From Anaerolineae bacterium (GTDB taxonomy: Bacteria > Chloroflexota > Anaerolineae > Epilineales > Epilineaceae): a stretch of 64,000 nt of DNA. The position numbers and the translations under genes were made by a program. The stretch is from positions 114 to 64,113 of the forward strand of contig JAJCYU010000008.1 in the NCBI GenBank assembly GCA_029262755.1. The letters run 5' to 3'. The notes under the pieces are model-generated. The model saw only the letters and a list, made by a program, of their open reading frames with translations. It had not been told where the DNA came from and did no database searches. Positions 26,516 through 36,233 of the stretch are shown in pieces (the first letter of the stretch is position 1; each line of letters opens with the position of its first letter).

Positions 26516-27526
26516 ATGCCGAGATCGTCGACTCGATGCGACATCCAATACCTTGCCGCACAATCCGCCCTGGATGCACAGGTGGCCTACTGCCTGCCCC
26601 TGCATGTCGAAGTGCCCGCGGCCGCGCGGGCCTGGCTGCGATTCCAATTGGGCGGGAAGCGGGTGACGCCCGTTGCCGACCGCTCCTCCCGCAAGGGCGC
26701 GACCCGCGAGGCCGGGCCCGTCGGGCACAACATCGCGTTCACGCGCGAGGGCCTCGTGCGCTTCGGTCTCGCTGCCGACGGCCTAGGTGACGCCGAGTCT
26801 GCGTGGGGCGGCGCGCAACAACGGGTACGCTTCGGCGGGTCTGGTGCCGTCCAGGGTGCAGAGCCCGGCATGGGATCCGTACAGCTCGATCCGCTTGCCG
26901 TCCATCCCGATACCATCGTCCACGTTCTCTGGCTGCTCTGGGGTCGCGACCCCGAGCGCGTCGAACGCGATCTCGCGCGGCAGATGCGTCGTGCGGAGCG
27001 CGGTGGCATGCGGATGATCGAGAGGCCGGTTGCGCTTTCACCGGATGGCGATAGTCCGAGCGCGCGTACGCGGCGCATGAACGGGATCCTGGCGCCACGC
27101 GTGCGCCGCCGCGTGCCGATCACGGTGCCCGCTGCCCATGATCCGGACCATATCTTGCCGGCCGCACGACGGCGGAGGCGGTTGCTCGCCCGGCGGGACG
27201 AGAGCCGAAGGGATGTGGGCGCCAACGGGACGATGTGGCGCGCGCCGCAGGGCGTACTGGGCGACGAGGAGCGTGTTTTCCTGCCCGGATTGACAGCCCT
27301 GGCCTACCTGGCTGCGGAAACACCGGGGGTCCCGGACACACGCGTGAGCGGTCCGGCCCATCCCTCGACATCGACGTCCGCCGCGCCCACTACGTCTGCG
27401 ACGACCACCGTGCACCGCGGATCCTCGCGATCCACGACAGCGAGCCGGACTCGGCGCCCATCCGATCACCGGGCGCCCGAACCGGTCGCGGCCGGACGCG
27501 GCTCGGCGGCCGACCCGGGGGCCTGA
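26516..27526 (+). CDS. Hypothetical protein (low confidence; C-terminal third is low-complexity and may result from a frameshift)
   Basis: GGGAGGAG RBS 10 nt before the ATG at 26516. High GC3 across 26640–27060. Confidence 0.3.
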   Translation: MPRSSTRCDIQYLAAQSALDAQVAYCLPLHVEVPAAARAWLRFQLGGKRVTPVADRSSRKGATREAGPVGHNIAFTREGLVRFGLAADGLGDAESAWGGAQQRVRFGGSGAVQGAEPGMGSVQLDPLAVHPDTIVHVLWLLWGRDPERVERDLARQMRRAERGGMRMIERPVALSPDGDSPSARTRRMNGILAPRVRRRVPITVPAAHDPDHILPAARRRRRLLARRDESRRDVGANGTMWRAPQGVLGDEERVFLPGLTALAYLAAETPGVPDTRVSGPAHPSTSTSAAPTTSATTTVHRGSSRSTTASRTRRPSDHRAPEPVAAGRGSAADPGA

Positions 27527-27593
27527 TCGCGGTCGCCGGTCGGCCATCGTCTCTTTGGACCCAAGCGCAGAACGGGACTAGATTCAACGACTT

Positions 27594-28703
27594 ATGTCCC
27601 AGCCCAACGTTTTTCTCCTCCCTGCCGCGCACGAAGCGGACCGTTTTGCCTCCGCATTGCATGCGCTGATCCGGCACGAGCCGGCCGTCGGCCGCGTGAT
27701 GGTGGCGTGGTTGGCGGATATGTCGACCGCGAGCGGTGAAGGATCGGACAATGGCGCGAGTCCGCGCTTTGAGCGCGCCGAGCTGCACGTGCATCACGAT
27801 CCGGCGGACAGGCCCGATCTGAGCCTATTGTGCGAGGGCGTCGAGATCCTCTGCGCGCACAAGCTCGTGCTCGAGCACCTGGAATCGCAGCTCGAGCGCT
27901 ACCTGGGCCGCAGCGGCGAGGGCGGGCGCGAGGCACGGCTTGCGGTCATTGCGCGGGATCCGGTGGATCTGCCGCAGACGGTAACGGATGCTCCGGACTT
28001 TTTGGCGCCGCGGCCGCGCACCCTGCAGGACGGGGAGCCGCGTGAGCACGCGGAGAACGAGCACCATTGTTGGTCCGGGCTGTACCAGGCGCTGGAAGCG
28101 GACGCGGAGACCAGCGCAAGCTCGTTGGTCCGCGATTTTCTGGCGTACATGGACACCCTCGGCATGCATCCTTGGCGGATGGGTCGGTGGGAAGACCTCT
28201 TTACGCACTCGGCCTCCGCGTCGCTGATGTACGGCACGTGGGCGGAGGTGAAGTCGGCGCTCTCCGACGTGGCGAGCACGTTTACGCGCGACAGCAACGG
28301 TCTTGGCATGCTGATCAAGCGACCGCGGCCCTGGATGCGCGCGCTCTACGTCGTGATCGAGCGCGAGGCCGGGGTGACGGTATCGGGTATCGACCTGGCG
28401 CAGCCGGTGCTCACGGCGCGGGCGTGGGTCGGACGATCGCGTCCGGAGGCCAAGGCGCTGCGCGCGCAGGAGGCGGGAACGATCCAGGGCGAGATGGGCC
28501 TCATCGCACACGCGCCGGCGCGCGAGGTCGCGGAATGGGATCCCTTCCTGACGCTGGCCCGCGAGTGGCACGAGCCGCTTGAGGACGTGGTCGTCGGCGA
28601 CCGCGACGCCACGGTGGCGCGTCTCGCCGGCTTCGTGCGACGCGTGCTGGAGCACGCCACGGAGGCCGTCGAGGGCGAGGTGGAGGGGCTGGGGACGTCG
28701 TAG
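27594..28703 (+). CDS. Hypothetical protein (369 aa)
   Basis: Long ORF with coding-like composition; no recognisable motifs. Confidence 0.5.
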   Translation: MSQPNVFLLPAAHEADRFASALHALIRHEPAVGRVMVAWLADMSTASGEGSDNGASPRFERAELHVHHDPADRPDLSLLCEGVEILCAHKLVLEHLESQLERYLGRSGEGGREARLAVIARDPVDLPQTVTDAPDFLAPRPRTLQDGEPREHAENEHHCWSGLYQALEADAETSASSLVRDFLAYMDTLGMHPWRMGRWEDLFTHSASASLMYGTWAEVKSALSDVASTFTRDSNGLGMLIKRPRPWMRALYVVIEREAGVTVSGIDLAQPVLTARAWVGRSRPEAKALRAQEAGTIQGEMGLIAHAPAREVAEWDPFLTLAREWHEPLEDVVVGDRDATVARLAGFVRRVLEHATEAVEGEVEGLGTS

Positions 28704-28811
28704 CGGAGCGCGGGTCGCGAAGTCCGTGGCGTTGTATTGCCCGGCCGACCGATCCGGCGATCGGTGGGGGCCCATCTCCCGGATCCCGATCACCCATCCA
28801 GCGCAGCGCGC

Positions 28812-30368
28812 CTATGGTGCCGGCGGAAAGCCTGCGTCCGGCGGGATCGGGCGACCGTCCGGGACGGCATCGATGACCGCGCATGCTTCGAGCTTGACGT
28901 CGCTCCAGTCGAAGCCTTCCGCTTGGAAGGTGGGGATGTCCACGATCCAGCGTTTGCGGCCCGCGTCCAGCAAGTAGACCTCGGGCCGGCTCGGGCACTT
29001 GAGCAGGATCGGTGCAGGGCGTTCGAACACGACGCGTTGGATCTGGGGCGGGAGGTCGGCGACCTCGGCCTCGTCGATGCCGAACAGCCATGGCAGGGCA
29101 AGCAGCGTCAGCGCGGCCCACAGCGCGTAGGGCGCCAGGCCGTCGGCGAGGGCGCGGCGGAGGGCGGGTAGCCACGCGTCCGCCTCGGCGCAGCGTTGGA
29201 GCCAGAGCAGGCGGGCGAGAAGCGCGAGGTTGATCGTCGTCCAGCCGAGAAAGACGAGGCGGTTGGGCGTGAGGCGATCTTGCACCGTGCGATAGCCGAT
29301 GGCGGCCAGCGCGTAGAGGCCCACCACGAGCGCAAGCGTGGCCAACGCGATCACGCCGCGGCGGAGCCAGGTGCGTTGTCGCGCGTCGAGATCGGCGGCG
29401 TCGCGCGGTGTGACGCCGATCAGGAGGGCCATGACCGCGAAGAGCATGGCGTTGAAGGCCACGAGGACATCGCGGTTCTCGAAGGGCGCGCGGGCGTTGG
29501 CCGGGAGGAAACCGAGGAAGACTACGAGCACCAACAGCGTGATCGGCAGCAGGAGGCGCAGGAACAAGGTGACGAGGCGGCCCGGGCCGGCGTCCAGGCG
29601 TTGGCCGCGTGGCGGTACGCCGGGCTCGATGGTCAACGCGGCGGCCAACACCGCCACGAAGCCCGCACCGCCCGCATAGAACAGCCGCTGGATTTCGTTG
29701 GAAGGGAACAGGTCCATCGCGTCGAAGAGGCCGAAGGTCAGGCCCGTGAACAGGGCGACGATGATGCCGCACAGCCCGGCGACAACCACGTACTCGAGGG
29801 ATTTGAGGAGGAAGGCGAAGCGGTCGTCGACGCCGCGCGCGTCTTTGAGCGCGAAGGCGCCGATGGCGGCCCAGCTCAGCAGCAGCAGCGAGAGCGTGGA
29901 CACGCCGATGTATTGATCCTGGTAGACCCGCGTCCCGACCTGCGGGTAGGCCCACAGGACGTAGAGGACCGCGCCGGCCAGCGGCGCCGTGACGGCGAGG
30001 GCGCGGCGCCAGCGACGCTCGCCTGCGCCGGACAAGAAGGCAACGATGGCGATTGCGGCCAGCGGCGCGCCCAGCAGGACGAACAGGGGCGTGCTCGCGG
30101 TCCGGGTGGAGGCGTCAAAGGGGTTCGTGATGGCGATCTTGAAGCGCTCGTCATCCGACACGAGCCAGAAGACGAAGCCCGCCGCAAGCGCGAGCGGGAC
30201 GGCCCACGCCCACGCGACCGAGCGACGTTGCGCGCCGGCCGCCGCGTGGCGGAGGCGGTAGTGCCATGCGGCCAGCAGCTGGTTGTCGCCCGCCACGGCA
30301 TGTTCGGCGTGAAGGGCATCGGCGAAGGCCTCGCCCTCGCCGCGGGCCACGGCCTCGTGATAGGCCAT
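28812..30368 (-). CDS. Polytopic membrane protein (DUF4153-like), ≥10 TM helices, with a C-terminal soluble domain
   Basis: Multiple hydrophobic helices, e.g. VAWAWAVPLALAAGFVFWLV and LLLPITLLVLVVFLGFL. Confidence 0.6.
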   Translation of the reverse strand: MAYHEAVARGEGEAFADALHAEHAVAGDNQLLAAWHYRLRHAAAGAQRRSVAWAWAVPLALAAGFVFWLVSDDERFKIAITNPFDASTRTASTPLFVLLGAPLAAIAIVAFLSGAGERRWRRALAVTAPLAGAVLYVLWAYPQVGTRVYQDQYIGVSTLSLLLLSWAAIGAFALKDARGVDDRFAFLLKSLEYVVVAGLCGIIVALFTGLTFGLFDAMDLFPSNEIQRLFYAGGAGFVAVLAAALTIEPGVPPRGQRLDAGPGRLVTLFLRLLLPITLLVLVVFLGFLPANARAPFENRDVLVAFNAMLFAVMALLIGVTPRDAADLDARQRTWLRRGVIALATLALVVGLYALAAIGYRTVQDRLTPNRLVFLGWTTINLALLARLLWLQRCAEADAWLPALRRALADGLAPYALWAALTLLALPWLFGIDEAEVADLPPQIQRVVFERPAPILLKCPSRPEVYLLDAGRKRWIVDIPTFQAEGFDWSDVKLEACAVIDAVPDGRPIPPDAGFPPAP

Positions 30369-30590
30369 CTCGAGCCGCTCTGGGTCATGCGCGAGGGCGC
30401 GAATCGTCTCGCTAAGGGATACGGGTGGGCTCCCGGGGTGTGCGTGCAGGGCACGTGCGATGCGTCGCCGTGTTCGGGTCGGCGTCGGCGGAACATCGAC
30501 TGTATCTGGATGGTACGACGGGCGCCGCTCGTTGGTCGAGCGCTCACCTGACGGTTGCGTGCCGGAGGGGCGCTGAACGTGCGTCGCGCT

Positions 30591-30632
30591 GTACGGATCG
30601 TATGACGAGCGGTACGGATCGTACGACGAGCG
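30591..30632. repeat. 21-bp tandem duplication (gtacggatcgta[t/c]gacgagcg ×2), intergenic
   Basis: Direct reading of the sequence. Confidence 0.6.
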
Positions 30633-30744
30633 GTGCTTGCGGGTCTCCGGTCGGTGGTGGAACCATGGAGGTTGAGGCGACCCCCTTGTCGGCCTGATGC
30701 GTACCCAGTTCTAGGCGATGCGCGCGAAGGAGGGCAGCAACGAA

Positions 30745-31296
30745 ATGGCGAGCCGATACAATTTCGAGGCATACGATCCGGCATGGCCGGCGGCCTTCGA
30801 GCGCGAGGCGGAGCGGTTGCGCGCGCTTCTCGGCGACGCGCTGGTCGCGATTCATCACGTGGGCAGCACATCGGTGCCCGGATTGGCGGCCAAACCGATC
30901 ATCGACCTGCTGCCGTTGGCGAGCACGATCGAGCACATCGACCGGGCATCGCCGGTCATGGTGGACGCAGGCTACCGGGCCTGGGGTGAGTACCACCTGC
31001 CTGGGCGGCGCTATTTTACACGCGACCGGGACGGGTGGCGCACACACAACGTGCATATCTACGCCGTGGACAATCCCGACGTCCCGCGCCACATCGCGCT
31101 GCCCGCCTACTTGCGGGCGCACGACGACAAGGCTGCGGAGTACGCGACCCTCAAGCGCGAGGCCTACCGGCTGCACCCGGCCGACATCGACGCATACAAC
31201 GATGCGAAGGACGCGTGGATCAAGGCGCTGGAGCCCGTAGCGCTCGCGTGGTGGCGGTCCGCGGGCGGGGATGTGGGCGCCGATCCGGTGTCATGA
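30745..31296 (+). CDS. grpB: GrpB-family (UPF0157) nucleotidyltransferase-fold protein
   Basis: AAGGAGG RBS. YDPAWPAAFEREAERLRALLGDALVAIHHVGSTSVPGLAAKPIIDLL. Confidence 0.7.
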   Translation: MASRYNFEAYDPAWPAAFEREAERLRALLGDALVAIHHVGSTSVPGLAAKPIIDLLPLASTIEHIDRASPVMVDAGYRAWGEYHLPGRRYFTRDRDGWRTHNVHIYAVDNPDVPRHIALPAYLRAHDDKAAEYATLKREAYRLHPADIDAYNDAKDAWIKALEPVALAWWRSAGGDVGADPVS

Positions 31297-31324
31297 GATG
31301 GGGGGACCGGGGGTTAGGGAGGGC

Positions 31325-33598
31325 ATGTGCGTTCATGAGAACCCCGAAGTGATGCTCGTCTCCCGGCCGGCCGGCATGGGGATTGTGCGGCCGCGTTTCG
31401 CCATGTGCACCCTGTCGGCCCTGATCACGCTGCTCGTCGCCGGAGAGCCGATGTTTGCATCGACCCCGTCGCCATCGATGTCCGCGCGCACCGCAGCCGC
31501 ACAGGGCGCCGGCCCCGTGGTCGAGGCGGAGCGCGGGGGCGACGTCTCCGCGGTGGCGACCGTCGGCGATCATGCCTACGTCGCGGTCGGGCGGCGGCTG
31601 CTCGTGCTGGCGCGATCCGACGTGGACGCCGGTCCGGTCGAGACGGGCGCGACGCTGATGCTGCCCGCGCGCTCGATGGACGGGGAGGGAGACCTGCTCG
31701 TGGTCGCGACCGGGGCGCCGGGCATTCCGGGCGCCGTCGCCGTAGTCGATATCGGCCGACCGACGCGGCCGCGCATCGTCGGCCGGCTCGTCGTGCGGGG
31801 TGCGCCGCGGCAGGTCGCGCTCGAGACGCGGGCGGACGGGAGCCGGTGGGCGTGGGTGGCGCTTGGCGTGGACGGACTGCTGCGCGTGGATGTGGGTGAT
31901 CCGACGGCGCCGCGTGTGCTGGACCGGTGGTCGCCGCCCGACGTCGACGGCAAGGCGCAACGCGTGCATGGCGTCGTTGGCGCGGCCCCAAGGGGAGGAG
32001 CGGGGACGGCGTCGCCTGGAGCGGGAGCAGCGGCGGAGTTCGACGGGGTCGCGCTTGTTCTGGGGACCACCGACGAGGAGTTCGACGATATCGCGACCGA
32101 TGTGATTTGGGTGCGCGCGGGGGGCGTTGGGGGAGGCGCCGGGGTGGAGTCGGTCGGCACACGTTCGGTGGGGGCTGGGACGGCCGATTGGTTCGCGGCG
32201 CCCGGGCACGTGGTCTACCTGAGCCGACGCTTCGTGCATGTCTTGCCCATTGGACAGGCCGCGGCGTCGAAGGAGCACGCCCCGATATTGCAAGGTGATA
32301 CGGAGATCCTTCGTGCCGTCGTCGTGGACGACCGTCTCGTGATCGCGCGGAATGCGGTATCCGATGACGGCGCCTTGGACTTGGACGTGCACCGTCTCGT
32401 CGACGCGGAGCGGGTCGGCTCCGGTCGGGTGGCCGGCGTCAGGACGGAGCCGCCGTTGCTCGTGCACGCGTGGAGCTCGATCCTGGTCGCGGCGGAGGAT
32501 GCGGTCCAATTGGTGGACATGGACGGGGCGCCGCGGCTCGTTCGGCGATGGCCGGTGTCGACAGGGCGCTATACGCAGATCCGCGCCTTCGAGGGCGGAT
32601 GGTTGGCGGTGACCGAGCCCGGGGACCTCCAGTGGTTGGATCCGGATGGGGTGCGTCGGGAAGGAGGGCTGACCGAGGAACCCGTCGCACAGGTGTTTGT
32701 CATGGGCGATCGGCTGGTGAGCTTTGCGTTCCAGTCAATGTCGCTTCAGCGGTTGGAGCCCATCGCGGATCCCGGGCCGGGCCCGCGGTGGCGGTATGGA
32801 CGCATCCTGCTCCAAGGACTCGTCAACTCGCGGAACACGGTCCGGGTCTCGGATGACTTGCTGGGCGCCTGGGGTGTTCACGGTGCCGTGGTGCGCGTGG
32901 CACGGTGGATCGACGAGGACCTTGCAGCGTACCCGCGCGACATATTGGCCGGCTTGCCGCGCAGACCGGCGCCCTTTCTCCTCGATGGATTCGAGCTCTG
33001 GGTGACGAACAGTCGCGGGCCGCTGGACGGCTATCGGTACTCGGGCAATGATCGCGAGGATTTCGCGAGCGGCGGCGTACCGGGCTCAAGGCCCTTCGTG
33101 TCCACCGCCATGGCGGGACACGAACGACAGTTCGTGATCGGCGATGCGAACGGCGTGATCGTGCATCTGGACATGCGCGACACCCCGGACGGCCGCGTCG
33201 CATGGAACATGGACGTTCCAGGAGCGCTGACGGGCCTCGCGCTCTGGGAAGAGCAAGCTTGGGCGGCATGGGGATCGCCCACGTCGGGCCTTGGCGCCAT
33301 CGCATCCTCAACGGACCACGCGGTGCCGCTGGGCGACGTGCCGCTCGTGGGCACGCCGCGGCAGCTCACGGCCATCGACGGCAGTCTCTGGGTCGTACAG
33401 GACAACGGTGCGCTGACACGCTATGCGTTCCCACGCGTCGAGCCCGTGCGCACGCCGGTCCCGACGGCGGCGGCGACCGCGCCGAGCGAGACGCCGGCCG
33501 CGACGGTCACGCCGCGCGGCGCGACGCCGGAGCCGTGGGCGGCCGCGTGGGCGTCGGGGCGGCGGATCGCGCTGCCGCTGGTGCGACGGGAGCAGTAG
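31325..33598 (+). CDS. Secreted LVIVD-repeat (beta-propeller) protein, paralog 1; ends with a PT-rich linker and the C-terminal tag GRRIALPLVRREQ
   Basis: Repeats of the type LLRVDVGDPTAPRVLDRW and VVDIGRPTRPRIVGRL. GGGAGGG RBS before the ATG at 31325; alternative starts at 31352 and 31376. Confidence 0.65.
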   Translation: MCVHENPEVMLVSRPAGMGIVRPRFAMCTLSALITLLVAGEPMFASTPSPSMSARTAAAQGAGPVVEAERGGDVSAVATVGDHAYVAVGRRLLVLARSDVDAGPVETGATLMLPARSMDGEGDLLVVATGAPGIPGAVAVVDIGRPTRPRIVGRLVVRGAPRQVALETRADGSRWAWVALGVDGLLRVDVGDPTAPRVLDRWSPPDVDGKAQRVHGVVGAAPRGGAGTASPGAGAAAEFDGVALVLGTTDEEFDDIATDVIWVRAGGVGGGAGVESVGTRSVGAGTADWFAAPGHVVYLSRRFVHVLPIGQAAASKEHAPILQGDTEILRAVVVDDRLVIARNAVSDDGALDLDVHRLVDAERVGSGRVAGVRTEPPLLVHAWSSILVAAEDAVQLVDMDGAPRLVRRWPVSTGRYTQIRAFEGGWLAVTEPGDLQWLDPDGVRREGGLTEEPVAQVFVMGDRLVSFAFQSMSLQRLEPIADPGPGPRWRYGRILLQGLVNSRNTVRVSDDLLGAWGVHGAVVRVARWIDEDLAAYPRDILAGLPRRPAPFLLDGFELWVTNSRGPLDGYRYSGNDREDFASGGVPGSRPFVSTAMAGHERQFVIGDANGVIVHLDMRDTPDGRVAWNMDVPGALTGLALWEEQAWAAWGSPTSGLGAIASSTDHAVPLGDVPLVGTPRQLTAIDGSLWVVQDNGALTRYAFPRVEPVRTPVPTAAATAPSETPAATVTPRGATPEPWAAAWASGRRIALPLVRREQ

Positions 33599-33719
33599 GG
33601 CGGGCGTTGGTGGGACTCGTCCCTTTGGGGAGGGGAGCGTGTCCATAGCAACGGGCGGAAACGTAGTCGTGGGCGGCATGGGGATGCGCGCTGGGACCGT
33701 GAACTTGGGGGAGGCAGCA

Positions 33720-36116
33720 GTGCAAGTGACGTCGATCATGCGCGGAGCGGTGATCGTCGGGAGCGTCGTCCTGGCTGCGCTGGCGCCGGGCGGTGTCCGG
33801 GGCGACATGGGGGTTCGGGGCGACGTGAAGCGCGACGAGGTCGGCCCCGTGGATCGGGCGTTGCGCGTCCCGATCTTGGACACAGGCGCGGTCGACGCCG
33901 CGTTTGCGGCGGATCTCGATCCGCTAGTAGATCCGCGCGTAGGCCCGCAATTCGGCCCGATCGTCAGCCCATTTCTCGATCCACGCCCTGACGCACCCCT
34001 TGCCGCCGCCGGCCTCCCCGCCGCCCCGAACTCCTTCGCGTTCACGCAGGGCGAAGACGGGATTGAGGTGGAGGCCGAGCTCGGCGGCGAGGTCAGCGCC
34101 GTGCAGTCGGTGGGGTCCTTGCTCTACGTGGCCGTGGGGCGGCGGATCGTCGTGATCGATCCCGCGTCGCCGGGGCGAGACGCTACGGATACCGGCATCC
34201 TGCTGCCGTTGCCCGTGCATGCGATGGACGCGCTCGGCGACCGGTTGGTCGCGATCACGGGCGTCATCCGGGGGCGGGCCACCCTTGAGGTGATCGACAT
34301 CGCTGTTCCGACGCAGCCGGTGCATCTTGGGGGCGTGTCGCTGCCGCGATTCGCGCTCGAGGTCGCGTTGGATGCGGCGGTGCCCGACGGTGCCCAGGCG
34401 TGGTTGGCGATGGGATCGGACGGGCTGTGGCGTGCGGACCTACGCGATCCCCGTGTACCGCGTGTTGCGCCGCAGTGGCGACCGCCCGATGCGTCCGGCG
34501 AGAAGCAGTCCGTGGCGGGCGTGATTCGCGCGGACGAGGGCGTCGCGGCGTTGGTGGGCCCGGCGAGGAGTGGCGCGATCCCGATGCAGCCGGTGCAGAT
34601 GGTGCATTGGTTGCGCATGGACGACGAAGGTCGTGCAGCGCAAGAGGTGGGGCGCCAGTCGCTGGGCGCGTCCTACCCAATCTGGCACCGGGCGCCGGGC
34701 TACTTGGTGTACGCGAATTCGTTGATGCTGCACGCCATGCCCATTCGCCGTGCCGAGGATGCGCAACGGTCCTCCGCCATCCGCCTTCCCGGAGGCTTGT
34801 ACTTGGCCGCGACCGTCGTGGGCGAACACGTGATGGTGGCGTACACCTTGACAGCCGATTGGTCCTTGCGCGTGGCGATCCACGCGCTCTCCGACGGCAA
34901 GGAGCTCCGCACCGAGCGGGTCGAAGAGATCGATGCGTCGGGATGGAAGCTGTTGGCCGAGCACGACGAGTCCTTGGTGATGGGTGCTTGGGATGCCTTG
35001 CATCTGCGCTCCGGCGGAGCGGGGCTGGGCGATGTCTCCATGTGGCCCGTGTCGCTTGGACGCTACGTGGCCATCGAGCGCTTCGGCGATGGCTGGCTGG
35101 TGCTGAGCGACGGGGGCGAGCTGCAGTTCATGGACATGGACGGACGCGTGGTCGAGCGCGGGCTGGTGGATCAGCCGCTGAAGCGCTTTGCGGTGATGGG
35201 CGATCGGCTGGTCGGCAGCACCCTGGTGGGCGAGTACTTCCATGTTCTCGAGCGCAGGGACGAAGGACAGGCCGGTTCGAAGTGGCAGTTGGGGAGTCGG
35301 CTTCCCATTCCTCGTCTCAACCGGGAGGATCGGTTCGCGGCGTCCAACGATCTCCTCGCGGTTTGGTCGGCGCACGAGAGGCAGATCCAGGCGGCCCGGT
35401 GGGTCGATGGTACGCTCACGTTGTTTCCCCAAGCCCTACGCGGAAGCCCTCCGGCGTTCTTGGTGGAAGGGGATGAAGTGTGGGTGGCGAACAACGGTGG
35501 TTCGCCGGTCCGCGTGTATCGGTGGAACGATGTCGGTCCGCCGCGTATCACCGGCCAGGTCGGGCTTCGTGCCATATTCGCGGCAACGACGCTCGCGCAG
35601 AGCGGCCGATTCGTTCTCCTCGGAGACTCCACGGGGCAGATCATCCAGGTCGATATGCTGACGTTGATTGGCCAACTCGATTGGCGGCTGGACATGCCCG
35701 CGGCGATAGACCAGCTCGCCCGCTACAAATCCCAAGGCTGGGCGACCTGGGGTGGCACGCAACCAGGCTTGGCGGCCATTGCGTGCGGCCGGACAGAGGG
35801 CATGCCTTTGGGATCGATCGGCCTGAATGGGGTGCCCAAAGCGTTGGCCGCCCGAGACGGCCACCTGTGGGTCATCCAGGAGAGTGGGGCGTTGACCCGC
35901 TACCGCTACCCAGGCGCAAACGTGGTGCGCGCGCCGAGCGCCACACCGACCGCGACGACCACGGCGCCGCCCACCGCGACGATGGCGCGGACGCCGACGG
36001 CGGTTGCAACAGCCACCGCGACGCGCAGCCCGGCGCTGGCGACGGCGGCGGCGCGGCGCGCGGGGTGGGCGGACGGGCGGACGATCGCGCTGCCGATCGC
36101 ACGGCGCGAGCCGTGA
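33720..36116 (+). CDS. Secreted LVIVD-repeat protein, paralog 2; ends GRTIALPIARREP
   Basis: LEVIDIAVPTQPVHLGG, LWRADLRDPRVPRVAPQW. Same domain order and C-terminus as paralog 1. GTG start with GGGGGAGG RBS; the start is uncertain. Confidence 0.6.
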   Translation: MQVTSIMRGAVIVGSVVLAALAPGGVRGDMGVRGDVKRDEVGPVDRALRVPILDTGAVDAAFAADLDPLVDPRVGPQFGPIVSPFLDPRPDAPLAAAGLPAAPNSFAFTQGEDGIEVEAELGGEVSAVQSVGSLLYVAVGRRIVVIDPASPGRDATDTGILLPLPVHAMDALGDRLVAITGVIRGRATLEVIDIAVPTQPVHLGGVSLPRFALEVALDAAVPDGAQAWLAMGSDGLWRADLRDPRVPRVAPQWRPPDASGEKQSVAGVIRADEGVAALVGPARSGAIPMQPVQMVHWLRMDDEGRAAQEVGRQSLGASYPIWHRAPGYLVYANSLMLHAMPIRRAEDAQRSSAIRLPGGLYLAATVVGEHVMVAYTLTADWSLRVAIHALSDGKELRTERVEEIDASGWKLLAEHDESLVMGAWDALHLRSGGAGLGDVSMWPVSLGRYVAIERFGDGWLVLSDGGELQFMDMDGRVVERGLVDQPLKRFAVMGDRLVGSTLVGEYFHVLERRDEGQAGSKWQLGSRLPIPRLNREDRFAASNDLLAVWSAHERQIQAARWVDGTLTLFPQALRGSPPAFLVEGDEVWVANNGGSPVRVYRWNDVGPPRITGQVGLRAIFAATTLAQSGRFVLLGDSTGQIIQVDMLTLIGQLDWRLDMPAAIDQLARYKSQGWATWGGTQPGLAAIACGRTEGMPLGSIGLNGVPKALAARDGHLWVIQESGALTRYRYPGANVVRAPSATPTATTTAPPTATMARTPTAVATATATRSPALATAAARRAGWADGRTIALPIARREP

Positions 36117-36233
36117 GGGACGGCGGTGTGTAGGACGACGTTGTGTTGCTCTCCTCGCGCGACGAATCACAAACGCAATTCTCGTCTAGCCAGGACACAA
36201 CCGGCGCATCCCGTCCACATCCCCCGACTCCGC

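Noticed and set aside
25177-26544. 455-aa minus-strand ORF antisense to the second SPFH gene
   Set aside because: Arg/Gly/His-rich low-complexity translation with no motifs, lying opposite a well-supported gene. It is typical of spurious open frames in 70% GC DNA.
28501-29955. 484-aa minus-strand ORF overlapping the DUF4153-like membrane protein in another frame
   Set aside because: Extreme Arg/Pro/Gly composition and no domain signatures. The co-located frame encoding TM helices is far more plausible.
31425-32162. 245-aa minus-strand ORF inside the LVIVD paralog 1 gene
   Set aside because: Pro/Arg/Ala low-complexity product antisense to a protein with clear repeat architecture.
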